From NCBI RefSeq assembly GCF_009914755.1, contig NC_060933.1: 64,000 nucleotides of DNA; one strand, given 5' to 3'. The stretch's first letter is position 1, and each line of letters begins with the position of its first letter. Below are positions 1 to 18,419 of this stretch, in pieces. A program made the translations under genes and the position numbers. The notes under the pieces are model-generated. The model worked only from the letters and a program-made list of their open reading frames with translations. It did not search any database and was not told the origin of the DNA. This stretch comes from the human T2T-CHM13v2.0 reference genome, Homo sapiens.

Positions 1-237
<237 letters not shown>

Positions 238-277
238 TCAGTAATAAAAAGATAAATAACTCAATTTAAAAATGGGT

Positions 278-1400
<1,123 letters not shown>

Positions 1401-2814
1401 GAGTCACTTTAAAAAATAGCCCAGTTGGATGAGATGAGTGATCATCGCCTAGATTCTGACTTTAGGGGCCAGAACAGGGTGATAATTGGCCACCAAGGTC
1501 TGGCCTCAGACGAGGGGAGTCTGCTGTGTCCTCCACTACAACTCTCATTCACCTGCAGCCTATTGAGCTTACAAGCTGAAGAAGCTTAGGAGCTGACCTG
1601 AGGTTTATGGAAAGTTCACACACACACCCCACCTTGGGACTGGTGTTACCCAATTATTTTGCTCCTAGCGTCTAGCAAACAGCTTCATTGTTCAATTTTG
1701 ATTTCAACTGCTGCTGACTGGCCTTCGCTAATCCTTGCGAATGACCTGGAGCCATTGGTATGGCTTCTCGAAGGAGCAAATCGATTCTCATTTTCAAAGG
1801 CACAAATGCCTAGCTTTCCTTCTGCTCCGGTAAGTCCCGCAGCCCTGCAGTCAGTCCATGGAGCACAGCTCTGCATTCCAGTTGGGGCTCTGTCACTTAG
1901 TAGCTGGGTGTCCTTGGGCCGGTGTCGTATCCTTCCTGAGCTTCAGTCTCCTCCTTTGTCAAACCAATGGTCCCCCGCCCCATCCCCTCAAGGTCGCTGC
2001 TCCTCCCCATTCCCTGGGCACGGTTCACTGAGAGTGGTGCCGGTGCCATTTGAGAACCTACATTAGACCTTGCAGGAAGGCAGGAAGTTTGTTTTCCAAG
2101 CAGAGCTTGGCTGTTCTTTGAAATCGCAGCATGTGTCAGCAGGGAGGGTCGGGTCCTGTGTCCTTGCTCATCTATTTTTGGACCACAGAGAAATGAGAGC
2201 CAGTGGCAGAATAACAATCTAGGGGACCAGATGTCTCAGGAGAGACTGTTACCCTTGTTAATTACTTAAACGACAACCTGCTACATCAGAGCTGAGGACC
2301 CAGCCTGCTCTCCCACGATGTCCTACATGAATCTGTGTTCTACCGGAGCCTCTGACCTCCAGCTGCCCCGAACTTGACAGGAATTACTGACCTGGGACTG
2401 ATCCATAATTTTCAAGTGCCTCTCATTAGAGGAGACAGCCTCTCAATCTTTTAAAGCAAAATCTCTCTCCCAGTCACCTGAGCAGTTGTCACTTAAAAAC
2501 TAATCTAAAATCTCTATGCCTGTCATTATTTTTTTTTTTTAGCTCTTTGGCAGATTTTATTTTTTTAAATCTGTTTTCCCCCCCCAAATCCTCCCTTTTG
2601 CCTTGTTAGTCTCCAGACCTGGCACTGGAAGCTTGGTGTTTAGTTAGGGGACCTTCGTGTGGCCAGTGCGTGGGGAGGGGGCGTCTGCTGGCTCAGCTGC
2701 CCTGGCAGTGGGACTGGGTCAGGGACCTGGACTCAGAAAGTGCTGTGGAAAAGCTGATTGACCTGTGAATTTGTACAGCGCCAGATTTGGTTTCTTCTGG
2801 CCATTGAGGTGCAT

Positions 2815-2816
<2 letters not shown>

Positions 2817-2868
<52 letters not shown>
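2817..2868 (+). repeat. (AC)26 microsatellite
   Basis: Direct reading. Confidence 0.98.
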
Positions 2869-2870
<2 letters not shown>

Positions 2871-3800
2871 CCTCCATGTGTCTCTGGGATGGGTTCGCAA
2901 GCAACAGCAAGGCATAACAGTGGACAAAAGGCTCAAGACAAAACACACGGCTCCTGCCCTGCCCTCCCAACAAGAAGAGCCCCAGGGCTGTGGCTGCCTG
3001 AACCCCCCACCTGTGGCAGAGGCGTCGGGTGGAGGCAGTAAGAAGGCAAGGAAAGAGGGAAGGGGAAGAAGGCAAAGGCAGCCCGCTTTTCAGCTTGTGG
3101 ACCAGAGCCATTCAACCCAGCAGAAGGCTGGTGCCGCCTCGCAAGGAGGAACGGCCAATGCCTCATCTCCAGGTAGAGCCTCTGCGTCTTGGATATTTTC
3201 TCAGGCATGGAGGTGAATTTACGCCCCCATGAAGCTGGATAAGCCCAACTGGAGGGGCCATCGGGAAGTCACATACGTAAGCCAACGTCACCCACCACTG
3301 GCGGCTACGGTTCCTGTGGCAAAACTTTGTAATCAAATTTGGAATCCTGCCCACATCTCCAATAAGGGAAACTCATAAAACAGTTATCCTTTCTAAACTG
3401 TGTGTGGCACGAGGAGGCCCTCCCTCACCCCAGGTCACCTCCCACAAATGCAGTTTGAACCCACATTTGTGTTCTCATATGAAAAAGAGGAAAAGGCAAT
3501 AGTCCCATAGAAATAAAACTGAAATCCTCTCTGCTTCCCTCCCTGGGCTCACTCTCCTCCCTCCCAGAGGCAGAGCCTGGCGTGACCTCTGAGAACATTC
3601 TTTTCCTTCCGCCCCTTTCTGTCTAAGCAGATTCACACATATGCTGGAGCTAAACAGGGAAGCGTTTTGTATGTTTTTTATTTTTTTCATATCAAGGAAA
3701 TCATGCTTAGGTTCCATTCTGTAAATTTTTTTTCATGCAACGTTGGGTTTTTGAGATTCATGCACATTGGTTCTGATAGACCTGGAACAACACTGTCTAA

Positions 3801-4203
<403 letters not shown>

Positions 4204-4214
4204 GCAATTGGGGT

Positions 4215-4519
4215 TTTTTTGGCTTTTTTTGGTTTTGTTTTTAGAGACAGCACCTCACTCTGTCACCTAGGCTGGAGTGCAGGGGTAAGATCATGGCTCA
4301 CTGCGGCCTCCACCTCCTGGGCTCAAGCAATCCTCCCCCTCAATCTCCTGAGTACCTGGGACCACAGGTGGATGCAACCATGCCCTGCTAAAATTTTTTC
4401 TGTAGAGATGGGGTCTTGCTATGTTGTCCAGGCTGCTCTCGAACTTCGAGTTTAAGCGATTCTCCTGCCTCAGCCTCCCAAAAAGCTGCAGTTACAAGTG
4501 TGAGCCACTGCACCCGGCC
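4215..4519 (-). mobile_element. Alu (AluJ-type)
   Basis: Diverged antisense Alu. Confidence 0.9.
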
Positions 4520-5499
4520 TATTGAGCACTTGGTATGTGGTTGGTGCAACTGAGGAACGAAGTTTCAGATTTTATTTAATTTTAGTCCACTGACATTGAA
4601 AGAGCTGCATGTGGCTGGGGGCTGCCATGTTGGGTGGGGCCTGCCATGTTGGGTGGGGCCTCTCTGGAGTGTCCACTGTAGTGGATGCAAGGTGTTCCAC
4701 CCTCTGAATTCACCACCCTTCATCCGAGCAGGCCCCACTGATGGACATGCAGTTGTTCCCGGCATTTATTGACATGGTACTACCGTGAGGATTCCTCATG
4801 CACATCTCTTAGTGGACATTTCTGAGAATTTCTGCAGGGCATGTATGTAAACGTGGACTCGTTGGTTCGTAGGGTGTACATGTGGCCAGCCTTTCTGGCT
4901 ATGCCAAGTCTCTCTAAAGAGGTTGTACGAATGAACACACTCGCTGGTAGTGCATGGAAGTTCCCGTTTCTCATGTCAGACTCCTTCCCGTTATTACCAA
5001 TCCGATGTGTGTGTAATGCTTATTCTCTTGCTTAATGTGCTATTCCCTGATGATGCGCTGGGTTGAGCATACTGTCCTGTTTTTTGGCCACTCAGATTTC
5101 CCCTCTGGAAACCACCTGTTCCTTTCTTCTGCCCTTTCTTCAGCTGTGGGACCCCAGCACCAGCTACTCTTTCTCTTTGAGTATCTGCTTGTGTGCTATT
5201 TCCTCAGGGAAGCCTTCTCTGGCCTCAATCAGAGTTGGAGTCTCTGTATCATAAGCTCTTACAGAACCTTGTACTTCTTTTAATACACAATTCTAATTGA
5301 AGAATTCGTTGTGTGATTTTATTTTTATTAGTAGTTTCTCACTCTATCTCAGGGACTAGCCCCATCTCTGATACACAATGGATGGTCAATAAATAAGCAT
5401 TGAATAAAATCATGAATACATAAATACAAGGACAAGGGCCACATCTTAGCCTCAACCCAGGTCCCATGGACATCTTCTCTAGGATAGCACCAGTTCATT

Positions 5500-5985
5500 C
5501 CACATGAGGATTTTTTCATTGAAAGTAGAACAGATTTTTCAAGCAAGAATACAAAGCAAAACCTCAATAAATACCAAAAGGTCTGACTTGTGAGGATTAC
5601 TTCAGCACCAAAGAAATTGAATTAGAAATCAGTAACAAACCTAACTGATAAAATTGCCTGGAAATGTAAAATCACGCTTATAAATAACTTAGCGATCAAA
5701 GGAGAAATCCAAACAGAAATTAGATAGAAATTAGATTAAAAGAGAACTGAGCAAAAACAAATATACTCAAAACTTGTGAGATGAGCTAAAAGAGAATTTA
5801 GAGGGAACACAGTTGCTAATGCTGTGTTATATAAATGCTAATATTGGAGAAAAAAAGAAAGATGAAAGGTAATTAGCTAAGCCAACGACTCTAGATGCTA
5901 GAAAAAGAACAACAGAGTAAACATTAGTGAAATGTCAAAGGTACAATTAAGGATATCAATCAAATGAAAAGTTGGTTCATTGCAA
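5500..5985 (+). mobile_element. Old L1 ORF2 fragment
   Basis: A-rich degenerate L1 ORF2-like sequence (aaaacttgtgagatgagctaaa...ctagaaaaagaacaac). Confidence 0.7.
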
Positions 5986-6553
5986 GTGGATTGGAAAAGC
6001 ACAGATGCTTTCAAATGAGTTAGAAAATGGGGCCCACCGCTCTAGATGCGGGAAGCAAAGTGAGACCTCCGTTCAGGGACTGCGGTGCTGAGGAAGGGGC
6101 CTGCTGTCTGGCGGCTGGTCTCAGCTCTGCCCAGGACTCACGGGAGACCTGGGAGGGTCACTTCTCACCTTCGGGCCTTGGGTTTTCCATCTGTAGTATG
6201 GGAGAGTTAGATTCGATATCACTAAGGTCTCTTCCAAACCTAACTCTCTGGGAATATTTTATTCTGATCCAGTAGCAGGGAGGAAAAGGATGTTATCCCA
6301 GGAGGGAACTATGATTCCTAGGCAGATGGAGTAGAAATCTCTTCTAGGATCTAGTAGCTGCTCATCTCCCCTGCCACATCCTGCTGCCCATAACAGCAAT
6401 GGCTCGCTTTCATTTCCTGGAATTCACCCCCATTCCTCCTTTGCCCCTTCCTTTGCCCCTGGCTTGCTCCTTCATCCTCCCCAGAGAGCCCTTCCTGAGC
6501 CCCAGATGGAGGTAGATTTCCCCAGTCCACAATCTTATTAAATAGCTCTTGTC

Positions 6554-6863
<310 letters not shown>

Positions 6864-8811
6864 CTAAATGTCACAAACAATCACATGTACAGTGTGTTTA
6901 GTGACCGCTTCCCAAGATGTCTCCCTGGGTCCATGTGGGCTCTGCCTTCCTGGCAGGTGTGTTTCCAGGGCACTGCATGGCAGCGCTCTGTCCTTATTTC
7001 TGCGATGCCATTTAGATTTGTGCAATGCTCCCCATTCTAACAGGACCAGCTCCTTCGCCAACCGGGATAAAGCCTCCCGCTCGCCCGGCTCCCAGGGCTG
7101 CTGGCGGCTGTGGCACTTGCCTCTTATTTACCTGCATTGACCTTAGAGCAGCTCAGAGCTCCATTCAGCAAAGCTGTCTCCTGCCAAAGCCATTACAATT
7201 TCTTAGCTCCAGGCAGAGACAGACCGCAGATGGCTTAATTTAGAAGCATCTCAGAAGGAATTCCTTGCTCCACAGCTCTTCATCCTTTGACTCCAGGGGT
7301 CCACAGGGTCGTGACCACAGAAGGGCTTGAGGCCTGACTTGTAGTCAGGCTCCTCATGTGTGGCTGGGCTGCTTGGAGAGGGGGGAGCGTGCATGTGCGG
7401 CGGAGCCATGACCTTGCAGCCAGCGACTTTTGCTTCATGGACTCCATGAGCATTTAATAAGAGGCAATGGAGCTCGTGACGAAGGGCTTGGGGCCTTGAG
7501 TCTTGCAGCCCTGGGTTCAATCGCTGAAATGAAGCAAATGACTTAACCTTCTGGGACCTCCACTTTCCCATCTGTAAAATGGAGACAACGATGGTGCCGG
7601 CCTCCTCCGGGCGTTCCAAGGCTTGTGTGAAATAAATGCACAGCGCCCAGCAAATAAGCAGGTCTGTTCTTGTCCTAGCATTGCTGTTGACAAGGGGCTC
7701 AACATGCCAGTTCTGGCCTCCAGGACAAATTTTGCAGAGAGGCACCCAGCTACGAGGCCCGTTGAGGACTGGAACTCCCCTCTCCACAGACAACTGTTTT
7801 TTTGGTTAGGGATTTGGAGACTTTGTGGGTACAGAATAGGCCCCATCTCCCTTCTCTTTCTAAAGGGCCCATCCCACCTGAGGTGGACACTTTTGCTCGA
7901 GTTCGCTTTCAGTAGAGTCTGCCAGGCCCAGGCACTAAGCATCTCCTTTGGTTTTCGCCTCCAGACTCCGCCTCGCTGGGGCCCCTCTGGCCTCTGCGGA
8001 TCTGTTTCCCTCCTGTTCTCTCCCTTCCCACCTCCCTCATCACAGTCCTTCCAGGGCACATTCAAGTCCCTCCTGGCATGAGAAGTCCTTGCTGGCCGCT
8101 GGAGGCCAGACAGATTGTCTCGATTTCCTTCACTCATCATTCATTCATACATTTGGGGGCCCACCCGACCTTCTTTAAACACTTCTCAAATGCCAGGTTC
8201 TGTGCCAGGCACTGGGAGTCCTTCAGGGAACAGGCCACGAGCAGACCCTGCTTCATAGAGGAGGAGCCCTTCCTTGAGCTCCCTTCTGGGATGAATTCAC
8301 TCCGTGAGATTCCAGTTGGAATGGGATGTCATCCACATCAGACACCACAGGTGACATGCGCTCTGCCTCTCCCAGTGTCGGCACACAGCAGGTGCCAAAA
8401 TGTGTGTGGTTAGTCATTGGGAGGAGCCTCTTGTGCCCAAAACACCCCTTTAGAAAACCAAGGGGAATATGGAACTTGGAACTCTGAAGTGCAAGGGGTG
8501 TGTGCTTAGCAGCTGCTGGCACACAGTAGGTACTTAATAAATATTTTTTAGATGGATGGATGGATGAATGCTTCTGCTTCAGCGAAGTTTCTAAGTAAAC
8601 GGCGACTGCGAAAAAGAAAATTTCTCACCATGGTTCTCCTTTTGTCCTTGTGTGGTTAGACTGAGCAGCTCCTTAGGGCTTCAATCCTCCAGCCACCTTC
8701 TTGGGGTATGGGATGAGTGGGTGCTGGTGAGCCTCCTGCCACCAGCAGGGCCAGCCACAGCCCCACCCACCATCGCTGCATGCTGATTTGCCCAGGGAAT
8801 GGCTTGAGGGC

Positions 8812-9251
8812 TGTATTAGCTTCTAGAGGCTGCTATAACAAATTGTCACAAACCTTGGTGGCTTAAAACCATAGAAATGTTTGTTTTCACAGTTCTGGAG
8901 GCCAGACCAACAAAATCAAAGTGTCGTCAGGGCCACATTCCCTGGAAGGCTCTAGGGACAATCCTCCCTGCCTCCTCCAGCTCCTGTGGGCTCCCGATGC
9001 TCCTTGGTTGTGGCCACATCGCTCTCATCTCTGCCTCTGTCTTCACATGGCTGTCTCCTCTGTGTCTTCTGTTGCTACTAAAGATGCTTGTGATTGGATT
9101 TAGGGCCCATCTGAATAATCTAGGATGATTTCATCTCGAGATCTTTAATTATATCTGCAAAGACCCTGTTTCCAAATAAGGCCACATTCTCAAGTTCTGG
9201 GGGTTAGTACATGGACCTATCTTTCTGGGAGTCATGGTTCAGCTCACTACA
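8812..9251 (-). mobile_element. MLT1-type MaLR solo LTR
   Basis: TG...CA termini, 5-bp TSD AGGGC at 8807-8811 and 9252-9256, MLT1-like internal sequence. Confidence 0.85.
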
Positions 9252-9478
9252 AGGGCCGAGGAGGAAGGAATGGACAGGGCTGAGAGGTGGTCTGCAGAGC
9301 TATACTCCCCTATGAAGAGCCATGGGCACCCAGAGAAGCAGAGAGAAGCAAGGTGGCTGCCAGGGACTTGGAAATGGGAGCTGCTATTCAAGGGGTATAG
9401 TTTCATTTACGCAAAATGAATACTCTCTAGAGACCTGCTGTACAACGCTGTGCCTAGAGTTAATAATAGTGCATATAC

Positions 9479-9818
<340 letters not shown>

Positions 9819-9900
9819 CTAAGAGATCAGATCTCATGTTAAGGGTTCCCACCAAAAAAATCTCCAATAAACAAAACAGCAAAAAACCAACTGGGCATGA

Positions 9901-10220
<320 letters not shown>

Positions 10221-10364
10221 TGATTGTAGTGATGGTTTCAGGGCTATTTGCATATGCCCAAACTCATCAAATTTTACACATTAAATACAGGTTTTGCAGG
10301 TTAGGTAGATCAATCATACCTCAACAAGGCTGTTACAAATATCTTTCAGAAAAGTAAAATTAAT

Positions 10365-10680
<316 letters not shown>

Positions 10681-10827
10681 TCACATACTAAACATTTTGC
10701 AAAGCTGAATATAAATAGTTATTATTACTATTTGAAAAATATGCCTGTGTTCTAAAAAACAAATGAAAAGACACCATTGGTGACTGGCCACCAGAGACAG
10801 CACAATTGCCAATCTGGATGCCACTGA

Positions 10828-11251
<424 letters not shown>

Positions 11252-12961
11252 TAGGAGCCATGGGCCTCAGGAAGATCGTGTCACAGTGTAAACATCAGGC
11301 CACCACTTGCCAGAAGGTCACAAAGGTGTCACTAGAAGCCCTTTGTCCACAGACTATTTTCCTCCTGCACACTGTGCAAGGCCTTCTCTCTTCTCAGTGT
11401 GTCTTGTGAGGCTACTTGGACATTTTTCCGAAACATTGAGATTGAGCTGAGGGCACAATCATGGTTTGATTGATGGAGATCAGTTGCACAGCAGACATGC
11501 AGCCCTGGGTCCAGGTGGGCACTGGGTAACTATGCTACGCGCTCTGACCTGAGGGGCTCAGTAGCTTTTGGGCTGGGCTCAGGCCTCTCCCTTGGTTGCA
11601 AGAGCCCCAATGCGATTCTGAGGCAAAACCAAAAAATCTGAAACCCGAGGCTGGGGCTGGGACTACGACTGGTGCTGCGGCTGGGCTGAGGCTGGACAGC
11701 TCTGAGAAATGCTGCCATGGAGGGTCCCTAGAGGGACTTGCAAAGGGCCCTGAAACCTCCTAAATCACCTGCACTGTTTTTTATGTAAGCACTTGTGGGC
11801 ATTTTTTTTTCCCAGAGGAAAAGGGCCCATGGCTTTCCAAAGAGCATCCCCAAGGGGTCCACATCCGCTAGAAGGTGAAGAACATGGTTATTCCTGGAAG
11901 AACGGAGTCTCTGGTCACCATTTGATTTTTATGGGTTTCTAACAACGCTCCACAGCCCCCTGCCTTCTTTCACCTCAGCAAGTGAGGTGTAGGCAGCACC
12001 CTAGACACAGCATGAGTGGCAGCTGTGACACAATATTCTAGAAAGAATCCAGAACTTAAGAGTCCAGAGGTTGGGGGTCACCAATTCCCTATGGGGGCAG
12101 CCCTGAACCACACTCTGCCCTAGGCCTCTGTTCCCTCGTCTGTGAAATGATAAACACAGTCCGAGGGGGATTCCACGTGGCCCCGAGCACAGAGACTTTC
12201 CCTACAAGCCCCTCCTTATCTTCCCTCTACCCCCTTTTAATATTTCATCCTCTCTCCCCACATTTTTCTTCTTCTGTCACCTTTCTTCACCCTAACCTGC
12301 AGCGCCGTGGGCTTAGCTAACCACTCCGGGGTGGTCAACCCTGGCCTGGATTCTCGACAAGCACCCTGTGGCTGTCCTAGGCATGGGTCCTGCTTTATCC
12401 TGAACCCACTGCAGAGCCTTTGGCTGCTCCTGCAAATCCAAACAGGACCTGCCCTGCCCACCCTCTACCTGGCCGCCGCATCCCCTCACAAAGTTGAGCT
12501 CTCTTGGACCCCAGGGCCAGCAGCCACGCTACCCCCCTTTGCCCTGGAATCCCAACCCATCCTTCGAGACCCCCTGTATGCATCTCTTCCCCAGGACCCA
12601 CCCAATTTGTTCTCACTGCGCACTCCCCAGCCTTCTGTCCATTGTAATGAAATAGCTGTGTAGTTACTGCTGGATGTCTGCTCTCCCTCTAGAATAAAAG
12701 CTCCACGAGGGTAGAGCCGAGTCTCTCTGGTTTACTGCCATATCCCCCACATCTGACACAGAGTTGTGTTCAATAAACATGCATTTCACGAATTAACAGA
12801 TGGATAGAAGCCCAGATGCAGGAATGAGCACGTGAGCCCAAACCCTTTCCACCCTGTGCCGCCCTTAGGTTATCCCAAAGGAGAAATGCTGAGGCAGGAG
12901 GATGTTGTGCTGTTAATGGGATGGATTTTGTAGCACTTGGAGGTGATGTAACAGACACAGT

Positions 12962-13243
12962 GGACACCAGGAGGCGAGGCGGGGTCTTCACCCACCACCA
13001 TTTCTTGAGAAGAAAGGGCAGGCTGAGATACCGATTGCACAAAATCTTAACTGAAGAGGCTCCCACTCTTTGAATCTGTCTCCCTTGCATTTTTTTTTTT
13101 TTTTTCTGATTTATTCTTGAGCTCTGGTTCTGGTGATATTGAAGTTCAGCTCTTGACTCCTGTGGTGGCTGCCACCAGAGAGGAGGGAAGTGATCTAATT
13201 CCCAGCAAGGGAGTGCAGACAGGGTCAGGAGGTCCCCCTTGGA
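12962..13243 (+). repeat. Direct repeat copy A (~280 bp; partner at 17301-17577)
   Basis: Manual alignment gives about 20 substitutions plus a poly(T) length difference. Confidence 0.95.
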
Positions 13244-13509
13244 GAGGGTGGCTTGTTTGGGGTTTTTAATGGTGGAAAAGTAGTGCATGAAGGACACTGG
13301 CTACTAGGTCCCATTGCGTGGTCGTCTGGTCATGGCCTGGTGATTTTTGTTCTGCCTGTATCTTCCCCAGCAAGGAGCTGGACAGAAGGACGAACAGTTC
13401 CCCCAGGTAGCCCCTGCTCTCTGCCTCGTGGCTCAGCACCAGGAGGCTCACAGCACTTGCTGTGACTTCCTCCCTCTTACAGCTATTTTTATCATTATTC
13501 TAAGATTGA

Positions 13510-13716
<207 letters not shown>

Positions 13717-14500
13717 CCCCTCCCTCCCCTGCCACAAGAAGCCATCTTGACATAGTGGAAAATTCCCAGAAGGACTCCCTATCTTGCCCCAACCCTGACA
13801 TTCCCCCATTTTTATGCAGGTTCTGCTTCAAGGAGCTCAGATTCAAGTCTTAGGCTAATTGTTTTTGGTAAAAGTCCCCCCTTTTAGGTTAGCCAACATT
13901 AGTCTCCACTTAGCCCCAGTGACCCTCTACCTGGAGCCTCCTCCTCTCCTCCTCCTTCTCCTCCTAGGGCAGGCTCACCCTGCCTCTTCTCAAGCCCTCA
14001 CCTGCCAAGACAAGCCCAAATTACAAGACAATTTTTTAGACTCCAGGCTAAGGGTCGATTCCATGGCTCTGCCCATTAAGTGTTAAGAACGACCTGTGTA
14101 TTTGCTGCAGAAAGCATGACAGTGACGTGCTTTGAAAGCCCTCATTTTCTATTCCAAACATGAGTTTTAATTGCTCTTTTTGGGATGCCTGATGTCTCAT
14201 CACGGCAGTATTATCTCTCTGGGACCTCTGACAGCAGGAAGAGCCAATGGTTCATTACTCGAGCCTGCCCCCGCCTCCTCAGTGCTGGGGCCCCGTCAAT
14301 CAAGCAGGCCAAGTTGGACTCCTCCCCCAGGACTGACTTTGGAAGGTCAACCCACTCTGGAAAAAGCCTTCCAGGCCAGCGGGTAGACTGCTGAACACAG
14401 GCTGCTGAGCTTCTCAGCCGAATTCCTGGACACTTCCTCACTCGGTCTTTCCGTGTGTTCTTTGGATTCTCTCTGAAAATTTTATGCTGATCTATTTTAA

Positions 14501-14506
14501 ATTAAA
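14501..14506 (+). terminator. CFAP77: Probable CFAP77 polyadenylation signal ATTAAA (3' UTR about 13717-14525)
   Basis: ATTAAA followed by a U/GU-rich downstream stretch (ttttgtgtct, about 14527-14536). Confidence 0.6.
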
Positions 14507-14688
14507 AATGCTATTTGTCATCCTCCTTTTGTGTCTCCATTTGAAAACCAGTGAGCAAATCAGCCTTAGAGACATCAAATGAGGGTGCTGCCACATAGAG
14601 ACCTCTCAAGGTAAGCTAACCTCCAAAACATTCCAGCCACACCTTTTTTGAGGGAGGCAAATTTTCAAGTTTTAAATATCATTTCTAA

Positions 14689-15453
<765 letters not shown>

Positions 15454-17300
15454 CCCCAGACTCATTTATCCAACTGCCCACTCAGCATCTCCCCTTGGGT
15501 GTCTGGCATTCATTGTTAACCACCATAGCCAAGGCAGACACTTGACTTTTTTTCTGCCAAACTTACTTCTCCCTCCGTCTTTCCCATCTCATAAGTAAGA
15601 CCACCATCTACCCAGCTGTGGAAGCCAAAAGTCTTCAATACTCATTTTCCTTCATCCCTCCAATCTCCCAAGCAGGCAGAGTCTGAGTGGGCTGGCCCTG
15701 AGCAGGCGGTAGCACGCCATACCGCAAAAGAGTGCGAAGCACAGCTCTGCCCAGCAATTTCTGTGTGATCTTGAGCAACAGTCCTATCCTCTCTATGCCT
15801 CATCTCAGAGACAGGACCCCACGCATCACAGACTGTGTCTTCAAGCTAAATCAGGTGACCATTACATTAAAGAATGTGCATGACATGATTAGTACAGCAA
15901 CTGGCACTTTTAAGCAATAGATTAATATGAATTATTATTTTTTTCTTATCACTGACTCACACTGCAGAGGCATCAACCAGAGCCCTGTGAGTGACTGAGG
16001 GACTGGGCAGGCCAGGACGCTCACGAGGACGGAGGGCTTTCATCCAGATACATCCAGAAGCTGAAGGATATTTTGAATCGAGCCCACTCTTTCGCTCTGA
16101 AATCCCCTACGGAAAGGGGAGGGGGCACATCAGGAGGCAGAAGAGTTTCCTGAAGAACCCAAAATTGGCCCCACTGTGGCAACAGAGATGCCCTCCCAGG
16201 CCTGCTTTTCCCCAGGACCTGGGCCGAGGCAGGCAGGACAGGCTCAGCTAGGAAATCTCTTTTGTTTCTCCAATCACTCCTTGCCCCATTTGCTGTGGGA
16301 CCCGCTAGGGCTGTGGCAGATGCCCTGGAAGCATCACTCTGGGTGCTCTCTGGAGTCCTCCGGGTGCTCCCAGCCCAGGCCGGAAGCAGTGCTCACTGGA
16401 GAGACCCTCAGCTCCTTGTCCTACAGTGCCACCCGCTGGCGAGTCTGAGTCAGAGGCGGCGGAGATTCCCGGCCCTTCCCTCTCTCCTGGCGTCCTTCCC
16501 CCACCAAGCCTGGTTCTTCCCGCCTCATTGATTATCTGTGACTGCACAAAGCCCCGAGTCTGATTCTGGCCTGATTCTACTTTCTTGGGTATCCTGTCAC
16601 CTCGGCCAAACCCCTGTCCTCACCTGAGCTGACCCTGGCTGGGGCAACTACCTGCCCTTTATGACCTGGATAGAGTCCCCACAGCGTCCAGCCTGGAAGG
16701 GCCTTGGGGATCATCTTGTTCGTCTCCCTCCACTGCCATTTCCTCAACTTCATAGGTGGAAAGTGGACGTGAAAGGAATCCTGAGTCCACTCACGAAGCC
16801 AGGGCAGTGAACTCTCCCAGGCCAGTGACGTCCACGACACGTTCCAGAGCCTGCCCCCCAAAACCCCTTCCCAATGAAAGATGGATGGAAATGGGGATAG
16901 CCTAGCTTTCCATCCCAAGTCCTCCCAGTCACGCACCAACAAATGCCGGGTGAGCGTGAGTGTCGTTGGAGGTATGACTTTGTGCCTCCGTTTTGGCTAA
17001 TTTCCTCACTGGTTGGCAGTTAGGAACATTCTACCTCCTGGTTGACCTTCTTGGCAACACCTCATAGGAGGTTTAACCAAAGAGGTCCACAGGCACTGTT
17101 TCCACAGGCCTAGGGAGGCAGCTGGTCTGGGCCCTCACCTGGCCTGCTTGAAATTCTCTGAAGTCCCCTCCAAGGTAAGAGGGAGGCAGCACCACACTTA
17201 TGTGCACCTGGCAAGGTGGACGGGGCAAGTGCAGGACTGGGTGCCAGAGCGTGGAGATGGAGCCGTTGGGAAGAGGACTCATGAAGATGGACAGGCTTAA

Positions 17301-17577
17301 GGACACCTGGAGACGAGGCTGAGTCTTCACCCACCACCATTTCTTGAGAAGAAAGGGCAGGCTGAGATACCGATTGCACAAAATCTTAACTGAAGAGGCT
17401 CCCACTCCTTGGATCTGTCTCCCTTGCATTTTTTTTTTTCTGATTTGTTCTTGAACTCTGGTTCTGGTGCTGTTGAGGTTCAGCTCTTGACTTCTATGGT
17501 GGCTGCCACTGGGCAGGAGGGAAGTGATCTACTTCCCAGCAAGGGACTGCAGACAGGGCCAGGAGGTCCCCCTTGGA
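17301..17577 (+). repeat. Direct repeat copy B (~280 bp; partner at 12962-13243)
   Basis: Manual alignment as above. Confidence 0.95.
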
Positions 17578-18419
17578 ACATCCAGGAGAAGATAAAGGGT
17601 GGTAGAGCTACTTAGCATCCATACAGTGGCAGGACAGACTTCCCGGATGAAAGGTCCAGCTCTCCTCCCACACTGACCCCCACTGGCTTCAGTCCATGGC
17701 CAGATTTTTAGAGCCCAAACTTCATTAATTCTGTCTCTCTCTCTAAGATATAACCATATAATTAATTAACAATTTCCTTGGTCAGAAGAGAGAAGGTGGT
17801 TCTGGAGTCTCACTGTTGTGGAGGAATGGTAGCCATGAGCTACCATAAGGCCAGCCATGTCTGCTGCCTGCCTAGCAGGGGGCTCCTGGAAGCACTGCTC
17901 ATAGGCCACAGACCCAATTCTAGTCCCCAGGGAGGTCCCTGGATCCACACAGAGTTGGTTTGGCTTTTAATTCATCTATCCCAGTGCCCCAACTAAACCA
18001 CAGATTTAGAAGTCCAGGGAAGGCACGTCTCTGCAGCAAGCTGATCCCAGCCTAGGTGCTGAGGTGTGCCCCCAATGGCAGCCAGACAGGTCTGTGTCTC
18101 CAACCAAGCACCTTCGCTTGCATTTATCCGTATGAACCCAATCATTCTTTTTGCTGTACTCATTTTTACTTGGGAAACCCTTTGATGCTTAAAATCATCA
18201 CTAAGGAAAAATAAAACTAGGTTGGCTTTTTATGCAGGTTCCTAGAATTGAATGCAGGTAACTTATAAACTTGAATGTACAATGGGAGATTATCTATGAA
18301 GGGGATTTAGATCCATGGGCACCAATGCATTCTGTGGGCTCCATTCAAGTGGATCAGCTCTGTCCCACTCTCCATGACTCACCAGTATCTGGCATGATGC
18401 ACAGGATGGAGGGTATGCT

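Noticed and set aside
6075-6095. RE1 half-sites (GGTGCTGA) here and near 18055 and 35781
   Set aside because: No matching right half-site at canonical spacing.
17200-17320. Faint resemblance to the C-terminus of an RTE/L2 reverse transcriptase ORF
   Set aside because: Too degenerate to support without an HMM search.
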